DNA of 63,270 nucleotides, filler included, from Asterionella formosa (Eukaryota): NCBI GenBank assembly GCA_002256025.1. It is 4 parts of 4 records of this genome, joined end to end, with 100 filler letters (N's around TTAATTAATTAA, not from the genome) between each part and the next. Parts side by side here need not be neighbours in the genome. Positions count along the whole stretch, not along the records: positions 62,004 to 63,270 come from NKIB01003309.1; 3 more parts are not named here. One strand, 5' to 3'. Shown piece by piece: positions 61,904 to 63,270 of this stretch (position 1 is its first letter; each line of letters starts with the position of its first letter). The notes under the pieces were generated by a model. It saw only the letters and a program-made list of their open reading frames with translations, ran no database searches and was not told where the DNA came from. The position numbers and the translations under genes were made by a program.

Positions 61904-62003
61904 NNNNNNNNNNNNNNNNNNNNNNNNNNNNNNNNNNNNNNNNNNNNTTAATTAATTAANNNNNNNNNNNNNNNNNNNNNNNNNNNNNNNNNNNNNNNNN
62001 NNN
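61904..62003. other. Artificial contig spacer
   Basis: N44-TTAATTAATTAA-N44. Confidence 0.97.
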
Positions 62004-62020
62004 AAGCTATTTCGGATATC

Positions 62021-63270
62021 ATGTCAAAACATATTCAGGAGCTGTCTCAGGCTGAGGCTTCCTCTGCATCTGACAGTGAAAGCGACAATGGAGTCTCTAT
62101 TCCTGGAGCAGAGAACAGCGATTTCTTCACCAGTGACGAGGATGAAAGTCTCATTTTATCAACTGATGGTGAGAAAAACATTTCGACTATTTCTGATCAC
62201 AAGGGAATTGAAACAAACCTTTCCTTAGAGTTTCTTCAATATGAGTTGAAGAAAAGTAGAAAGGAGATTGAAGAGCTTCAGGAAGTAACGGAGAAGCAAA
62301 GACTTCAACTTTCTGGTGGCCATGGCATTGGAAGAGACAAGCATTGGACCCGAAATGTTGGTCAATGGGTCAAACTTGAACTTTTCCCAAAAGTCAAGTT
62401 TATCACAGGTGATATTGACCTTGATGAAAGGGGACCAACTAGTCCGGCACTCTCATTTCGTGCTCACTTCCCAAGCCTATTCATGGGAACTGATAGGGAC
62501 TTCGAGTCAATTTGGCAGACATAGCTATAAGAATGATATTAATAAAGTGATGTCTGAGAAAAGAAATGCTGTTGTTACCACTCTCAAACATGCCTTTGCT
62601 AGTAAGTAAACAACTTGACTTAGTATGCCTGATTTGTTCTTGACTTGGTTAACATACTCATTGTTTACTACTTACAAATCATTCCATTCCAATCTACAAA
62701 ACTTCAGGACTTTTTCGTGATGGAATGCACATTCATCTGAATAAGCATACCATCTCCAACAGCCGTTCTGTTTCTATTCAGGAGACAGGTGATGGAGGAG
62801 GAGCCAAGAATTATCCTTTCTTCCTTCTAGTTGAGTACTTTTATTCCAGGGTTGGGCGAAAGCTGTCTTGGAAACGACAATGTGCTAAGAAGCATGTCAG
62901 TGACATTGTAAGTGTTTCTGACGAGGTTTTTTCATTGTTGGTCTTGGAGAATTGTTGGGATGTCTGGTTGCATAAGGCAATGATGAAAGGTCATGAAGAT
63001 GATAATCCTCCACTAAAATACGTTTATACCGGTACTGGAGGACAGGGAAAGAGATATGGGGGCTGGGACGCAAAGGGGCGGATATGCCAAGTTCAACAGC
63101 CTGTATGACATAGTTGTTCATCAAAGGACAACTGCCATGAGCAGGCAGTTGGAGATCAGCTTTAAGATGTTCATGGAAAATATTGACTCACTGATAGACA
63201 TTTTCATTGAAGTTACGCCAGGGAACAACAGTGTGCCTGCCATTAGAGTTCATAATGATCTAGTGGCCAT
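62021..63270 (+). pseudogene. Degenerate transposon-associated hypothetical gene (SDExFxLLVLEN...GGW family)
   Basis: Acidic N-terminus, coiled coil, VKLELFPKVKFI, an intron-like GTAAGT at about 62602, VSVSDEVFSLLVLENCWDVW and KRYGGWDAKG. Frameshifts and stops are present. Confidence 0.55.

Overview
Eukaryotic nuclear DNA, most likely from a diatom. The evidence is intron-poor genes, ASAF-type bipartite plastid-targeting peptides, an RxL pro-peptide site, and Copia, CryptonS-like and DIRS-like elements. The window is not one locus: three 100-bp N spacers, each carrying TTAATTAATTAA, join about four unrelated contigs of decreasing length. Contig 1 (1-20580) is gene-rich: a DUS1-like synthase, a C-x4-C-x9-C-x2-H zinc-finger protein, a Tubby/LURP-like protein, an LSM/NAA38-like protein, a plastid PPR protein and PAM68, followed by a SINE, a pogo relic and a Copia LTR. 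Contigs 2 and 3 are mostly nested transposons. A DIRS/Ngaro-like retrotransposon is interrupted by a TA-target MITE and by a complete 10.3-kb Plavaka/EnSpm-like DNA transposon with CGTCTG...CAGACG termini, a 2-bp TSD and a Ulp1-like protease gene. Two more members of that family, PIF/Harbinger elements, a Copia 3' end and a Crypton relic are also present. Host genes there include phoD, an ankyrin-like protein and secreted Cys-rich proteins. The most notable signals are: a tRNA-derived SINE family whose two TSD-bounded copies share a structured core but have unrelated 3' tails; the large cargo-bearing Plavaka family; a defensin-like prepropeptide; and GTAC-palindrome clusters upstream of genes. 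All family assignments come from motif recognition by eye; no database searches were run.
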